Assembly (NCBI GenBank): GCA_951406725.2
Contig: OX597828.1
Span: forward strand, 23,498,001 to 23,562,000
DNA from: Octopus vulgaris
Lineage: Eukaryota
Reading direction: 5' to 3'
Length of the DNA: 64,000 bases
A program made the translations under genes and the position numbers. The notes beneath the pieces are model-generated. The model was not told the DNA's origin and ran no database searches. It was given only the letters and a program-made list of their open reading frames with translations. Below are positions 1-14,629 of this stretch, in pieces (position 1 is the stretch's first letter; each line of letters starts with the position of its first letter).

Positions 1-159
1 GGTGACGTCTTAGACCAGAGGCTTTGTATGTAAGAGACTCTGTCTAGTTACAGTAATTCGTAATAAAAAGAGAATATTATATTTAAGAATAAACATATTA
101 ATCATTGAAAAACAATATTGATACATAAGTTGTTTTTTTTAAATTACAAAATATTAGTG

Positions 160-364
160 AGTATATATACACAGACACACACACATACACACATATATAT
201 ATATATATGTATATACATATCTATGTATGTATATATATGTATGTGTGTATATATATATATGTGTATATGTATATATATATAAATATATATCCTAAAGAAA
301 TTTTGATGAATTTTCCTGTATTTACGAAAAATACTGACACACTCACTCGTAGATATATATGCAG

Positions 365-395
<31 letters not shown>

Positions 396-434
396 CATAT
401 ATATAGATATACGCACATATATACACATATGTTC

Positions 435-467
<33 letters not shown>

Positions 468-702
468 CACACACACATATGCACATGTATTTGTGTGTGT
501 ATGAGAGGAAGTGGGGAGTGGGAAAAAGACGAGGAGAGAAATCGCCGCAGATTCAAAGAAATATTAACTGAAAAGAAACAGAAAAATAAACAACAAATTT
601 AGGAAAAACTGATAATTTCATAAACTACATATGTATATAATAACACACGCACGCTCACACAGACAGACCAGACACATATATGTATGCATATTGGTATAAG
701 TG

Positions 703-793
<91 letters not shown>

Positions 794-936
794 GTATATA
801 TATTTATATGAATGGATAGATATGTATTTATGTGTGTACGTGGGCATGTGTGTATATGTATGTGTATGTGTGTGTGAGTGTATGTTTGTGGTGGGTGTTT
901 GTGTGTGTGTGAGTGTGTGTGTGTGCGTGTGTGTAT
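160..936. repeat. Compound (TA)n/(CA)n/(TG)n microsatellite block
   Basis: Visible dinucleotide runs, e.g. (TG)n at ~724-779; source of the YI/CV/HT ORFs. Confidence 0.95.
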
Positions 937-1600
937 AAGAAAAAGAGTGGTGAAGAGAGACAGAAAGAAGGAGGGTGAGAGAGACGAAATATATTTATAA
1001 TTCTGTTAAATATTTTAATCTGATATCGAAATAGAATTGAAAGATTTTCAACAGATTTAGCTTCTGTAAGTCTGATTTCGCTGTTACAACACCATATGTG
1101 TGTGTATGTGTGTGTGTGTGTGTGCTGCGTTATTGCGTGTGTTTTTGCGTGTATGTTTGTACATGTATACTGATTTGCATATAAAATGACAGGCATGCAT
1201 AACACAAATACACACACGCATATGCGTGCACGTGCATATACCATCATAGTGTTTCGAGCCTTCGGCGTGTTGGCTCTGGCTAACACTATTGTAATATGCT
1301 TGGTTAAGGGAGTAGAGAGAAACTTGGATTCTTTTGCACTTGTACTTGTAAAACTGCTGTTCAGTTTAACACATTCTATAAACGTCCTTTCACCCTAGGG
1401 TTTCCGTTCAGGGGAGTGGGGGAGCAAGGGTTAGTACCAGCCAAGGAATCTCCTGATTTTGCGGTAATGCTTGCCGCCTGTCCTTAAACAAACATATTCA
1501 GATGTTCCAAAAGTAACGACCGCATAAAAACGGCACCTGGGGCGGACAGTCCCCTTGTTATAGCTACTGGTTAATCGCCCACTTTTCTGCATGTTATAAT

Positions 1601-2070
1601 CTTTTCTACCATGAGCACAAGGCCCGAAATTTGTGGGGAGGGGGTCAGTCGATTAGATCAACCCCCTGTACGCAGCCTGTACTTAATTTATCGATCGCGA
1701 AAGGATGACAGGCAAAGTCGATCTCGGGGGAATTTGAACTCAGAATGTAACGGCAGACGAAATATCTATTTCTTTACTACCCACAAGGGGCTAAACATAG
1801 AGGGGACAAACAAGGACAGACAAACGGATTAAGTCGATTATATCGACCCCGATAGGATGAAAGGCAAAGTCGAACTCGGCGGAATTTGAACTCAGAACAT
1901 AACGGCAGACGAAATACCGCTAAGCATTTCGCCCGGCATGCTAACGATTGTGCCTGCTCGCCGCCTTAACAAAGTCGACCTCGGCGGAATTTGAACTCAG
2001 AAGGTAATGGCAGACGAAGTACTGTTAAGCATTTCGCCTGGCATGCTAACGTTACTGCCAGCTCGCCACC
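1601..2070 (-). mobile_element. Composite tRNA-derived SINE, family B, with repeated head segments
   Basis: Reverse complement of the GGCGGCGAGCTGGCAGAA..GTTAGCACGCC..GTTCTGAGTTCAAATTCCGCCGAGGTCGACTTTGCCTTTCATCC sequence seen on + at 14630, 49135 and 62100; heads end at ~1966 and ~2070. Confidence 0.85.
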
Positions 2071-3426
2071 ACGTGCAAGTTATAATGACACAATCATAAT
2101 TGATTAGTTACGATGTCCACTTCATTACCGTAATCCTGCGTGGTGTTTTGAGGAAATGGATTAACTGTGTCTCCCTTGGAGTGCGCAATCCATATGAATT
2201 ACATTGTTCTGACGGAAACTGTGTAGAAGCCCGTCGCAAAGACTGAACTTGTAATCAAAATACTCATTCTTCTCCATTATGGTATCACGCTTGTAATGAC
2301 GACTATTTTTCTACGAGTATCGCAAGCGTAATGATTTAAGTTGAAGTCGGTGGAAAGAACACAATTTCTTTTGCGATTTCAAACACAAAACTTTATATTT
2401 GTGTCGTCAACAGTGTCCTGCCGTTCATGCTACCAAAGAAAAGATAATTACACCAGTTTGTATTTGTTTGAGTATTTGGCAACGACAGCAGACTGTAGGA
2501 ACTGATGGACTTTCATTGACGTAAGTACGAGCAGTAGGTGTTCTAACACGAACTGCGAGCCACTGACTATAAAATGGATAGAAACACTATTTATAGCTGA
2601 TGTAGTTGTCAGAAAATGCGCGGCAAAGATGAAATTGTTTAACGTACAGCTAATAAGTTATCTAGATAAGAAAATTGCTTGTATACAAGGATGTAATAAA
2701 ATAAATATTTGCTAAGTCTATTGTATTTGAGGAGTGGGCTCGCTATTAACCAACAAAAATTAATAATGATTTATCAGTAATGAATAGATCTGTCACTTAA
2801 TGATGCCAATCATTGAAAACTTTCCGTTATTTTCAATGTTGATGCAGTAATTCCGTTTCGATTTCTATTTGTTTCTCTGCGTATGAAATGCTTAGCTACT
2901 TTGTTGCTAATTCAATAACCAACAAGTGAAAATTCCTCGTCGAAACCGGTGAAGATCCACAAAACTGTAATGCCTGTCAAACAAGCAATCTAATAAGCAT
3001 ATGCAACACCTATTTCAAGAATAATAGTAAAGTAACCTAAAGAGAAAGAAGAAAAGATCAAGTGATAATGGAGAAATGACGGTTGCACCTGCAGTAGCGG
3101 TAGGGACGACGGATGCTGTGCATAGGAAGAAGAGCGATGAGGAAGGGAGATAATTCATGGGGTCGACTGATTAGTTTTTGAAGAGTGGCGGGGAGATTGA
3201 TTCGCCCTTATCGCACAAGAGTAGAAATAGTGTCCAAAGAGATTAGCATCATTGCTAACACGCTAGAATTGCATTTCATTTCACGTCACCCGTAATTCTC
3301 ATCTCTGCCCTCTACCCCGGCTTTCTAGCACTCTCTCTTCTTCTCTCTCCTGCTTTCTCTTGCATTCTCTGTCTCACCTCTCTTAATATCCGTTTCAATA
3401 TTTTTTTATTTTCTCCCTTCCCTACG

Positions 3427-3437
3427 CACACACACAC

Positions 3438-3501
<64 letters not shown>

Positions 3502-4424
3502 CTTATACATACATATACTTATACATATATATGCCTATATATATATAATATAGAGATACATAGATAGAGAGAAAGGTGTATACACACGAACAAAAAACCT
3601 ACATATAGATATATGCATATGTATATATATATACACACATACACACAAACACACACATGCACGCACACACATTCAGACACGCACACCCACACAGACACAC
3701 ACAAACATATATATTGACATATAAATCCGTGGGAATGCAGATTTTGATCCAGATATAAGCATGTGTGTCTCTGTACAAGTATACCGCGACACGCACCACA
3801 CACACACACAACATACACACACATACACACACATATACACAGATATACTCACACACACCCAGACACACCTGCACGCACACACACACACACTTGTATGTTG
3901 ATAACCGTGTAAGCATGTGGCAGTTGTGGATATCTGCTGCAGCCATACATTAATAGTGTTTAAAATACGATATTTCACATGTATTCTGCAACTCACTCTC
4001 TCTCTCTGTTTTTTTTTTCCTTTCTCCTACCTTTTCTCTCCGTCTCTTCCTCCTTTCCACGCATACACACACCTATACACACAGACACACACACACAGAC
4101 ACTCACGTACACACAAGCACGCACGCATACAAACGCATACACCTTCGCTTACTTGGATATACACACGGATGTTCATCTAGCAGAGTACGTATATATTATT
4201 CCCTCCCTCTCACTCACTTTCTTTTTCTATTTGTGTGTATATGAATATATGTATTTGTATGTGTGTGTATGGGCATGTGTTTGTGTGTGTGCATGAAAGT
4301 ATGTATTTGTGTGTATTTTTAAAGACATATATACACGTATATAGATATATACAAACACATACAAACACACTTGCATATATATACATTCATATAAGTGGAC
4401 TTATTTATATGTACGCTTGTATAG

Positions 4425-4473
<49 letters not shown>

Positions 4474-4779
4474 CATACATATATGTGCACATACTTATAT
4501 ATATGTATATATATGTATATATATATATGTATATGTATATATAAATATATATAAATACATGCATATATGTGCACATATTTATATGTATGTATGTATACAT
4601 ATATGTGCACATATTTATATATATGTATATTTATGTATATATATATTTATATATATATGTATATATATATACATGCATTTATATTCATATATGTGTGTAT
4701 ATATATATATGTGTGTGTATGTATGTTATATATATATACATATACGTATATGTATATATATATAGATATAGATATAGAT

Positions 4780-4858
<79 letters not shown>

Positions 4859-4860
4859 TA
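3427..4860. repeat. Microsatellite-rich block, (CA)n/(TA)n ending in (GATA)n at ~4780-4857
   Basis: Directly visible. Confidence 0.95.
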
Positions 4861-6201
4861 CACATATATGCTATTGGTGTCAATATATTGTGTTTGATCG
4901 TGTGTATTCTCCTTGTCTATGTGTTTGTTAACATATCTTTACTGTTTGTATGATTGCTTATTCGTGCAGATATAACTTTCTCGCCAGAGCCTTTTATAGA
5001 TTCAAAATTAAAGAATGACAATGCGAAAATATTCAAAGTTTTTCTTTCATTTGAATATCCAGACCATCCAATATACTCCATAGAATAATATCGATTAATG
5101 CCACTTTACATTAGCTCTTCTGCATCTATTTCAAGTATGTAATTCGTATAATTTATACAATAGATCGTGCATGCATCTTTATACAATAGATTGTGCATAT
5201 ATTTTTATTAGTAATATATCGGATAAAATAGACGTTATAGTAAGACTAAATGGCGTTGTTTTACATGAAATTGAATCTCATACCGAGTTATGGCCCTTTT
5301 CTGGGCAGAATTCAAGATACGATTAAAGTCGGTGTTATTTTTCTTCCATTTAGAATGACTAGAGATCTGAACGTATGTCTGAATAACCGAATTTGATACA
5401 TGCCACATAGGGCGTATTTGTTCCTAAAATCTGTTTCAGAAATATTGTCCTGGGCCTAACTTTCGAAGCAGGCCCTAAACAACATACTTTGATGATCTAA
5501 GACATTTAATTTTTGTGCATGTATCACTGGAATTGTGGTGTGTTTAGTACTGAAATTTGGATGCATTTCATGGCATGAAACAGCTAATAGAAATAGTTTA
5601 TATTCTGTCTTTCCCTACAAACATTCGTGTTTACTCCAGAAATCATTATAACATTGGTATACAAAAGTGCCTACAGCAGTGTTGGGAGTAACTACGTACT
5701 CGCTGGACCTGCTAGATATAAGAGTAAAATTTCACACGAAGCAATATCCGTAAACTTTCAGAGAAAACAAGTGTTGCAGCAAAACACGAATAAAACAATG
5801 ATTTCCCCCATTAGTTACTGCCAATATTCATCCAAAGAAGGCTCCGTAGATGTGATATGATTTTTGGTTGCCAAACTGTAAATAATTTTTTGTTTCAGCC
5901 GCTTCAGTGGCATTATCTAAAATAGTTCAGAACGGCATATTATATACCAGATTCATTAAGAAATTGTAGGGTACATATGAAGGATTTGCACAGAGCGCAT
6001 TAGGTATACAGATTCTAATAGTATGTAAAAGTTTAAGTCCCAAGTTTTCTCTCACAAATCAATGAGGCTGATTACGCATAAGTAGGGATGCACATATTGG
6101 TGATGGGAAATATAACGAATAGCGACACCGGGAGCTATTCGCTCTCTGTTTCATTCTTCCTCTATTTATCTATCTTTCTATCTATCTACCTATCTCTTCC
6201 T

Positions 6202-6295
<94 letters not shown>

Positions 6296-6311
6296 GTGTA
6301 TATATGCATGT

Positions 6312-6344
<33 letters not shown>

Positions 6345-6601
6345 CATGCATGCATATATACACACATATAATATATATATATACACACATATAATAAATA
6401 TATATATGTATATATATATGTGTGTGTGTATGCATGTATGTAAGTATGTATATATTAAAATACAAAATGGGACAAGAAAGCTAAACATCCAGACAGTTAG
6501 GTGATACAAAAAAAGAACTACAAAACACCCAGATAGACGATACAAAGAAATCAAGGACGGGTCATTCGGACTTTTCTTTCCTCAATCGAGTTCCAGATCA
6601 G

Positions 6602-6683
6602 AAATATTAGAAATAGCAGCCAAATTGATCACTATTTCTTCTAGAAGAAATAGTGATCAATTTGGCTGCTATTTCTAATATTT
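6602..6683. repeat. Perfect 82-bp palindrome with no spacer
   Basis: AAATATTAGAAATAGCAGCCAAATTGATCACTATTTCTTCT is followed immediately by its exact reverse complement; centre at 6642/6643 (TCT|AGA). Confidence 0.97.
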
Positions 6684-6829
6684 TCGGTATGTGGTTTTGA
6701 GCAACTTGTTGCAATTAACCCTTAATTATAATTATTATAAACCTTACCAAATATGGTCTTTTCCATACCGATAAATCTACTAGGTGAAATTTATTAATTT
6801 TATTAAATTAACTATATTCCACCCTTTAT

Positions 6830-6905
<76 letters not shown>

Positions 6906-8327
6906 TATATATATACATATAGATATAGATATACTTGTACGTACTCCCTCAGAACTGTATGTATTCGTAGATATATATATACATTAATATATGTGTGGTC
7001 GAGCGTTTCCGTGTGTGCTTGTTTGTGTGCGTGAGTGTATGTGTGTGCACGTGTTTGTGTGTGTGCGCGCCGCGCGTGTATCCTATATCTTAATTATCAA
7101 ATATTTACTGGCTTAGCAACCCTTTATCTTCAGGCTCGCGATTGGTAAATGAAAATACGCCGCCTTACACACAATTATCAGTTATCAACTCCTAACTCTT
7201 TTCCTCATTGTCAGCAAATAACCAGGCGTCTATGTAATATCTTAGGAATTCTATTCTGCGTCCTTCGATTCTTACCTGTGTTGAAGAAGTTAAATAAGTG
7301 TGAAAAGTTTCTTAGTTATCTCCCATCGTTGCTAATGACATAAGCAATATTAGTCACCAATAAATATCGCATACGTTCTCACTACATATACGTTCATGGA
7401 TTTAGCATCGTTGTTATTATTACTTATAACACTTGCAATACGCAAGCATTTGGGTTTTGATATTAAGCACAACCAACTGACACACCCGTTTCTAATAATA
7501 TACAGGAGTCCTGTGTATGTATGTATGTATGTATGTATGTATGTATGTATGTATGTATGTATGTATGTATGTATGTATGCATTTATGAATGTATGTATGC
7601 ATGTATGTATGTATGTATGCATGTATATACGTGTATGCACACACACACACATATAAATATATATATATGACTTTGTGTATAGATAGATGTATGCGTGTTT
7701 GTGTTTCTGAATGGATATATACACATGCAAATTCCACACACACACATGCGCACCTACACATGCATACACACACAAACATACGAGCGCGCACATATATATA
7801 CAAGACTATATATATATATATAATATATATATATTTGTACATATACATATATATATATGTGTGTGTGTATGTATGTACAGATATATATACATACATACAT
7901 ATACATACATAGATTCATGTATATACAGACACACGCACACTTGTATGTATATATATAAATATATATATATATATATGGAGAGAGAGATGTAAATATATGA
8001 ACGCACACAGACATATATATGCATACATACATATATAACGGTACGTGTATGCGCAATGTGTAATGTAACATGCATTATGTTAGTCAACACAGGGAACGGA
8101 GTATAATTATTTTAAGATCGACTTGTTATATCCAGAAGTATTGCAAGATTTCGCTCGCAATTCACAGGAAGTCCAGGCTTTCTTTCTGTGATAAACATGC
8201 CTCTGGTCATGTTGATATCGCGGTACCAAGGTTTAATTACTTATCACAAGCGAAGTACCGCGCAGGTGGCGTTTGCTCACAACTAAATACAGCAAATCTA
8301 CATGCGTTTGTATACGTGAGACCATAT

Positions 8328-8367
<40 letters not shown>

Positions 8368-8522
8368 ACATACACCAAAAGACTCAAACATATATAAATA
8401 TATATATTTATATATATATGTATGTATATGTATATATATATATATATATATTAAGATATATTTCTTCATTGAGAATAATTTGAACCTATGTTATGCCGGA
8501 ATATTTATTCCCTAACAAATAA

Positions 8523-8591
<69 letters not shown>

Positions 8592-8957
8592 TATTATATA
8601 TATACACATATATAAACACTCGCATAGACATCAGCGCACTTAACAATGTATTTAGACATATTTATATGCATCTAAATGCATGTATCTGTATCACCTCAAT
8701 TGGCCCCGCTCTCTTTAACATTACACCAAAACACATTAAAACAGAAACTGGCCCTATAGGGTTCAAGAAGTCTTTGGACAGATTCCTTCAAGAAATCCCG
8801 GATAAACCCCCTACACCCGGATATGTCTCTGTAAACAATAACTCTCTACTTGAGTGGGCCATAGTGCCCAAATTCTGACTTGAAAGACTTCACCAGGTGG
8901 TGCTATTAAGTTAGACATGGCCTGGGCCAATAATGGCCGAAACCTATCAAAGTATCA

Positions 8958-8997
<40 letters not shown>

Positions 8998-9031
8998 CAG
9001 ATACATATTTATATGCATCTAAATGCATGTA

Positions 9032-9085
<54 letters not shown>

Positions 9086-9193
9086 CGCACTTAACAATAT
9101 ATTTAGACATATTTATATGCATCTAAATGCATGTATCTGTGTATATATATATATACAGATACATGCATTTAGATGCATATAAATATGTATCTG

Positions 9194-9251
<58 letters not shown>

Positions 9252-9475
9252 GATACATGCATTTAGATGCATATAAATATGTATCTGTATGTATCTGTAT
9301 GTGTGTGTGTATATATATATACATGCATTTAGATGCATATAAATATGTATCTGTATGTGTATATATATATATATATATATACACAGATACATGCATTTAG
9401 ACATATAAATATGTCTAAATACATTGTTAAGTGCGCTGATGTCTATGCGAGTGTTTATATATGTGTATATATATA

Positions 9476-9478
<3 letters not shown>
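8592..9478. repeat. Foldback (inverted-repeat) element with modular subrepeats, embedded in (TA)n
   Basis: Left arm ~8592-8690 (TATAAACACTCGCATAGACATCAGCGCACTTAACAATGTATTTAGAC..) is the reverse complement of ~9384-9478. Internal ~35-40 bp units (ATTTATATGCATCTAAATGCATGTATCTG) flip orientation at ~9148. Confidence 0.85.
8690..8960 (+). mobile_element. 3' end of a CR1/L2-group LINE (ORF2 C-terminus plus 3' UTR)
   Basis: Translation ITSIGPALFNITPKHIK..FKKSLDRFLQEIPDKPPTPGY..NNSLLEW* (stop 8878) fits the GPxLFNxLP..FKxxLDxxLxxIPD..NSL C-terminus of CR1-group ORF2; ends in a short ATCAAAGT-ATCAAA tail. Confidence 0.7.
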
Positions 9479-9547
<69 letters not shown>

Positions 9548-9549
<2 letters not shown>

Positions 9550-9705
9550 GCGCGGACAGGAGTGGCTCAGTGGTAAGTACGTTGCTTACCAAACACATGG
9601 TTCAATCACATTTTGCGTGGCAATTTCGGTGTCTTCTACTATAGCCTCGTGCCGTGGAACGCCTTGTGAGTGGAGTTGGTAGACGGAAACTGAAAGACGC
9701 CCGCC

Positions 9706-9788
<83 letters not shown>

Positions 9789-9956
9789 CGTTTGTGTTTG
9801 TACCCTGACCAACACTTGCTAACATATATGTTGGTGTTTTTTTGTCCCTGCAACATAGCGGTTCGGCAAAAGAGACTGATAGAATAAATACTAAGCTTGC
9901 ATAAAATAAGTCCTGGAGTCGATTTGTTCGACTAATGACTGATACAAAGAAAAGAA
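9548..9956 (+). mobile_element. tRNA-derived SINE family A, degenerate, with internal (TG)n
   Basis: Collinear with the copies at 21383 and 36919 (GGTAGACGGAAACTGAAAG; GCGGTTCGGCAAAAGAGAC; AATAAGTCCTGG). Confidence 0.8.
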
Positions 9957-9971
9957 TTTATATACATATAC

Positions 9972-10023
<52 letters not shown>

Positions 10024-10632
10024 CATATGTATGTACGTGTGTGAAAGTGTGTGTGTATATTTGTGTTTTGTATGTGTGTGGTTTTGCATATGTAGTTTGA
10101 TGCTCCTATCTAAATATATCACCATTGATGTATATATATATGATATCTTATTTCGTATGATGTAACTGATGGTTGTAGTTATTGATGGGTTTTCTCGCTA
10201 AATTCGCTGCTGTTGAGTAAATACCGCATTATTTAAATGTACACCATTGCAGGATAAGTCTTCATGAACTAGATTTTTTGAATGAGACCCAACTCTACTA
10301 TTCTGCTGAATAATAATACCTCTAACATTTCCATAAACATCGATAGAGGTCGTTGTTTACACACACCTACTTACAAATGTTAGTAGGCAATAATATGAGT
10401 ATTACGATTTAGAATAACGGAGCTAATTCCGCTGTAACTGATCAAATAAAGAGGCCAATGGAGTATAGTGCATCTTTGTTACCGAGTCATTGTCATTCTA
10501 GTTGGAAGATTTTATTGTGGAAAATAGCATATTTAGAATTTCTAAGTCATTATCTGTTGCTCAGTATGTGGAATCTATGATGAAATACAGGTAATTTGCA
10601 AAGCAAATCCAATCATTAAAATCACATGTCTC

Positions 10633-10854
10633 TTAACCCTTTACTATTAAGTGTATTCTTTGAAATGTAATATTATTTATTAATACAGTTTTGAAATAAT
10701 TATGCATTATTTTGAAGCTTGGAAATTTCAATGATATAGTTGCTTATTTTTTAGAATGACATTGCAAGGTAGCTGTGAGAGGCCAGAACTAACCACTTCT
10801 GACATAAATCAGGTAGAATATTTGAGCTGGATATGGCCGGTTTAACTGCTTTAA
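10633..10854. mobile_element. Possible piggyBac-type MITE remnant
   Basis: Starts TTAA|CCCTTTA and ends ..CCGGTTTAACTGCT|TTAA, but the right TIR is incomplete. Resembles an octopus repeat as I recall it (unverified). Confidence 0.4.
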
Positions 10855-11519
10855 GCAAGTTCAATATCAGATAAGGCAGGTGGGTAAAAATAAATCCGCG
10901 TTCTGTGATTAAGCTAGAACACTTGTCTATTTAGACATTCACAGCCATATATGTGTGCAATGTTTTGTTAAGTCCGTTAAAGCTAGGTACCTAGATATTT
11001 TTCCAATTACATCCCTGGTAGTAAGGCAATAAATGCATGTAAGCGATCCACCATACTTTCATTCATATTTCGATAAACCACAGGAAGGCGAAATAACATG
11101 CGGATTATTTCGGAAGGATATTTTGTGAGAGATTATTACAGCGTCTCAAAATCCGTGGTCGACTTAGTCTTAGTGTGAGTCTTTAAGGATATGGCAAGTT
11201 ATTTGAGGTTGGTAGTGGTAGAATTTTTCTCTCAACATTAAAAGTTTTTTGAAAGTTTGTATGAAAAGTCGTATGATGTAACGCGCCATTTTAATGGACG
11301 CATTAGAACGTATTAGACGCAGCCCATGTGTTGGACGTGTTGGAAATTAATCAATGCCATGGATGCCCACAAAGAAATTTTGATTGCTTGGACCCTATAG
11401 CATTCGGTGTAATAGGTCAAAGCATCCCAAATCCACAGTAGACTTCACCTCATTATAACACATTCAGAGTATTCCGGTTATTGTAGATGGCACATGAACA
11501 ATTTTATCGCGAAAGGTCA

Positions 11520-12045
11520 CGGATGGAGGTATGCGCCGTTACAGCGCATTGTTGTATTCATCAATTCTCGGTATATTCCCGGGTCCACTCTAAAGACTTG
11601 TGGCAATGATTTCCAGTCAGTTGACGTCTCTGCGAGGTATCTCCTCATCTGCCTAACAATGTGGCATATGGTCAACCACCACGAGCCATCAACTCAGCCG
11701 GATCCTCAATGAAGAGAACTCGGTAAGCAGAATCTAACCCGGAAAATCGAGTAAACATGGTCAAACAGTCTGTGCTGGTGCCCCTGAATCATAACAGTAA
11801 CGGGACGCTTCCCAGTTTCTGAGTAAAGTCGTCGGTTGCATACGAAATCCGACAAATAGTAACCCGAAATCTTGTAAAGCCCCCTATTACTGAAGGAGAT
11901 GAGGCGGCTCCTAAAGGCCTCAGACAATGTTCATGACTCACAACTATAGAGCAGGATAGGAAGGATCAACGAACTAAAGAACCGAACCTTTGTCCTCCTG
12001 TACATATATCGGTAGTGCGAAAACCTTTGTCTAATATGTCCGCAA
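11520..12045 (-). mobile_element. RTE-clade LINE 3' fragment, decayed
   Basis: Minus-strand translation RRTKVRFFSSLILPILLYSCES*TLSEAFRSRLISF..SDFVCNRRLYSETGKRPVTVMIQGHQHRLFDHV fits the post-RT region of RTE elements (TKxRxxxSLVLPVLLYGCETW..QLRLFGHV). Confidence 0.85.
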
Positions 12046-12909
12046 CTGCACCAGTTGGTCCAGGTCTTTTTATAGGAATTCAGACTCACAGCCAATGGAA
12101 TTTAATGTCTTCGGAAAACTTTATTGAAATTTTATGCGAAAAGACAAAATGATAGATTAGGCGATTTCAAATGTAGAGGTGCTGGACTTCATGCATTTGA
12201 TAGATGTCTAACACATAAATCAGTAAAGAAGATGCGCAAAAATAAGTTTGGGGAGCCTTTGACCTTACAGCCGTTTGTGCCGTTAGTCAGACAGACTATC
12301 AGCTCGATTAGCAGCGTCAGTCATAATAGTTGAAATCTAGAAATAAATCTCTGTGGACATTATAATAGGAAGAATGTAAAAATATTTTTTTGCAGAAGAA
12401 TAATATAAGGTGGAGTAAAACAAACAAACAAACAAAGATAATATGACAATAAGGAAAGAAAATGATATCTCTAAAATACACAATACAAGATATCATATCT
12501 ATGAAATACAGAATATACAAGATATTATACCCAGGCAACATTACATGGTTCGTAAAAAAAAAATTCAGAGAGAAAGAGGGAAAGAAAGTGAGAAGGAGAG
12601 ACAGAGTGAGAAAGAAAAAAGGAAACTCAAATAAAGTATGTTTTTTTGTGCACTTCAAGCATAACGAAATATTTGAAAGAAATCTGTAGAAGAACAAGAA
12701 GATGTAAAAGAGAATATAGAAAAAAAAATGTGTAGTATAACAACATAAAGAGTAAAACTATATGTATATTTTTGGGGGTTTCTTTGTTCTTGTTATTTTT
12801 TTTTCATCCCGGAAACGCAATAATTCACAAACAACAAAAGAAATTATTTCAGAAATAGAAATAAGGGGAAAATATTGAAGGAGATATATGGAGAAAAATC
12901 TGTCAGCAA

Positions 12910-13194
12910 CATAATAATGATGATGATGATGATTATGATGATGATTACAATGATAACGAAAATAATAATAATAATAACAATAACAACAACAACAATACCA
13001 GAAGCAACATCTACAACAAAAATATTACTTATAATAATAATGATAACAATGACCATAATGATGATGAAGATGATGATGACGACGACGACGACGATGGCGA
13101 CGATGATAATGATGATGACGGCGACGCCGATGAAGATGATGATGAAGATGATAGTAACAACAACAACAACAATAATAATATTGATAATAATAAT

Positions 13195-13246
<52 letters not shown>

Positions 13247-13308
13247 TTAATAATAATAATAATAATGATGATGATGATGATAATAATAATAATAATAATA
13301 ATAATAAT
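12910..13308. repeat. Compound trinucleotide microsatellite (AAT/GAT/AAC/GAC)n
   Basis: Directly visible. Confidence 0.95.
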
Positions 13309-13824
13309 TGAAAGAATCTAAGGAATAAAAGAAAAATCCGTATGAATAAATAAAGAAGAAGTCTATATATAATAAACTAAATATATAAAAGAGAAGGAAA
13401 ATGAAGATATAGCAGAGTAAAAGAGGTTATTGACTAAACAAGCAGCCAGAAAGGCAATAAATGAAACGATGAGTTTAGAAATGGAAGCTACTTGGATATC
13501 TGTAGAAATTTCACAAATTTATGGTTGGAAAGCTTACGCGTGGATGTATCTATGTATGCATGTATGTGTAGGTATGTATATGCATGTATAGGTATGCATA
13601 TGCATGTGTGTGTATGCATGCATGTATGTATACTTACGTATGAGTGCATATGTGTACCTGTGCCTGCCTGCATATGCACACACACACACGCACACACACA
13701 CACGCACACACACACACACACACATATATGTGCGCATACATATATACATCCATGGTTGCTTACATACACATATACATGTATATATATGTGTGTGTGTGTC
13801 TGTGTGTATGTGTCTGTGTGTATG

Positions 13825-13859
<35 letters not shown>

Positions 13860-14629
13860 GTGAAAATGTATATAATCGTACGTAGGTCTGCATGCGTGCC
13901 TGTGTGTTTGTGAATGTATATGTGTGAGACCTTGCGTGTCTCTGTTTGTGTGTGTATGTGTTCGGAGGATTTCGGACGGAGGAATCTAGTCAATCGTTGC
14001 GTGGAATTTTCCTTTAATTTCTTCAATAAAAATTCTTACACATCATATATATTGAGTTATCCTTCAAAACGTTATGCCTATACCCAGAATTATATGTGTG
14101 CGTATGCAGGTATGCATGTGTACAGATATGTAGGTATGCATATGTGTTATATGTGCGTGTATGCAAGTGCGAGTGTGTGAATTTTAATGTTGAATGCGAA
14201 GTAGTGAATCTATTTAAACCCAGCGAATTCCACTTCCCGACTAACAATATATTCTGAAAATACATGTAACTTGAGGATTTGCAACCATAGATAGTAGGCT
14301 GCTTGCAGCAAATCGTATCGTCATTTTAACAAACAGAGTTGTATAAAAACGTGTTCCTCTGCGAAAAATTATTCGCCGAACTGCCACCGATTATTATTCT
14401 CCTTGCTCTACTGGGCGTGTACTTCACTACGCTAATTCCCTGCAGGATTCCCTGGAGTGACTCAGAGACACATAGGATTGGAACCAATCGTCGCAGGAAA
14501 TAGTTATCAACAAAGAAAGTCAGCCACAGCAAGGATTCTGAACAAAATGTACCCTTGGTGCAGTGCATCAGCACTGAGTGCAACATTCATTCACACTGCA
14601 GAATAATACGTGATATTTGACCATGAAAG

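Noticed and set aside
1395-1570. GC-rich patch resembling an old MITE end (similar patches at ~15400-15600 and ~22270-22395)
   Set aside because: No matching TIR pair or TSD could be defined.
14326-14586. 86-aa non-repetitive ORF
   Set aside because: No recognisable motif or splice context; length within chance expectation.
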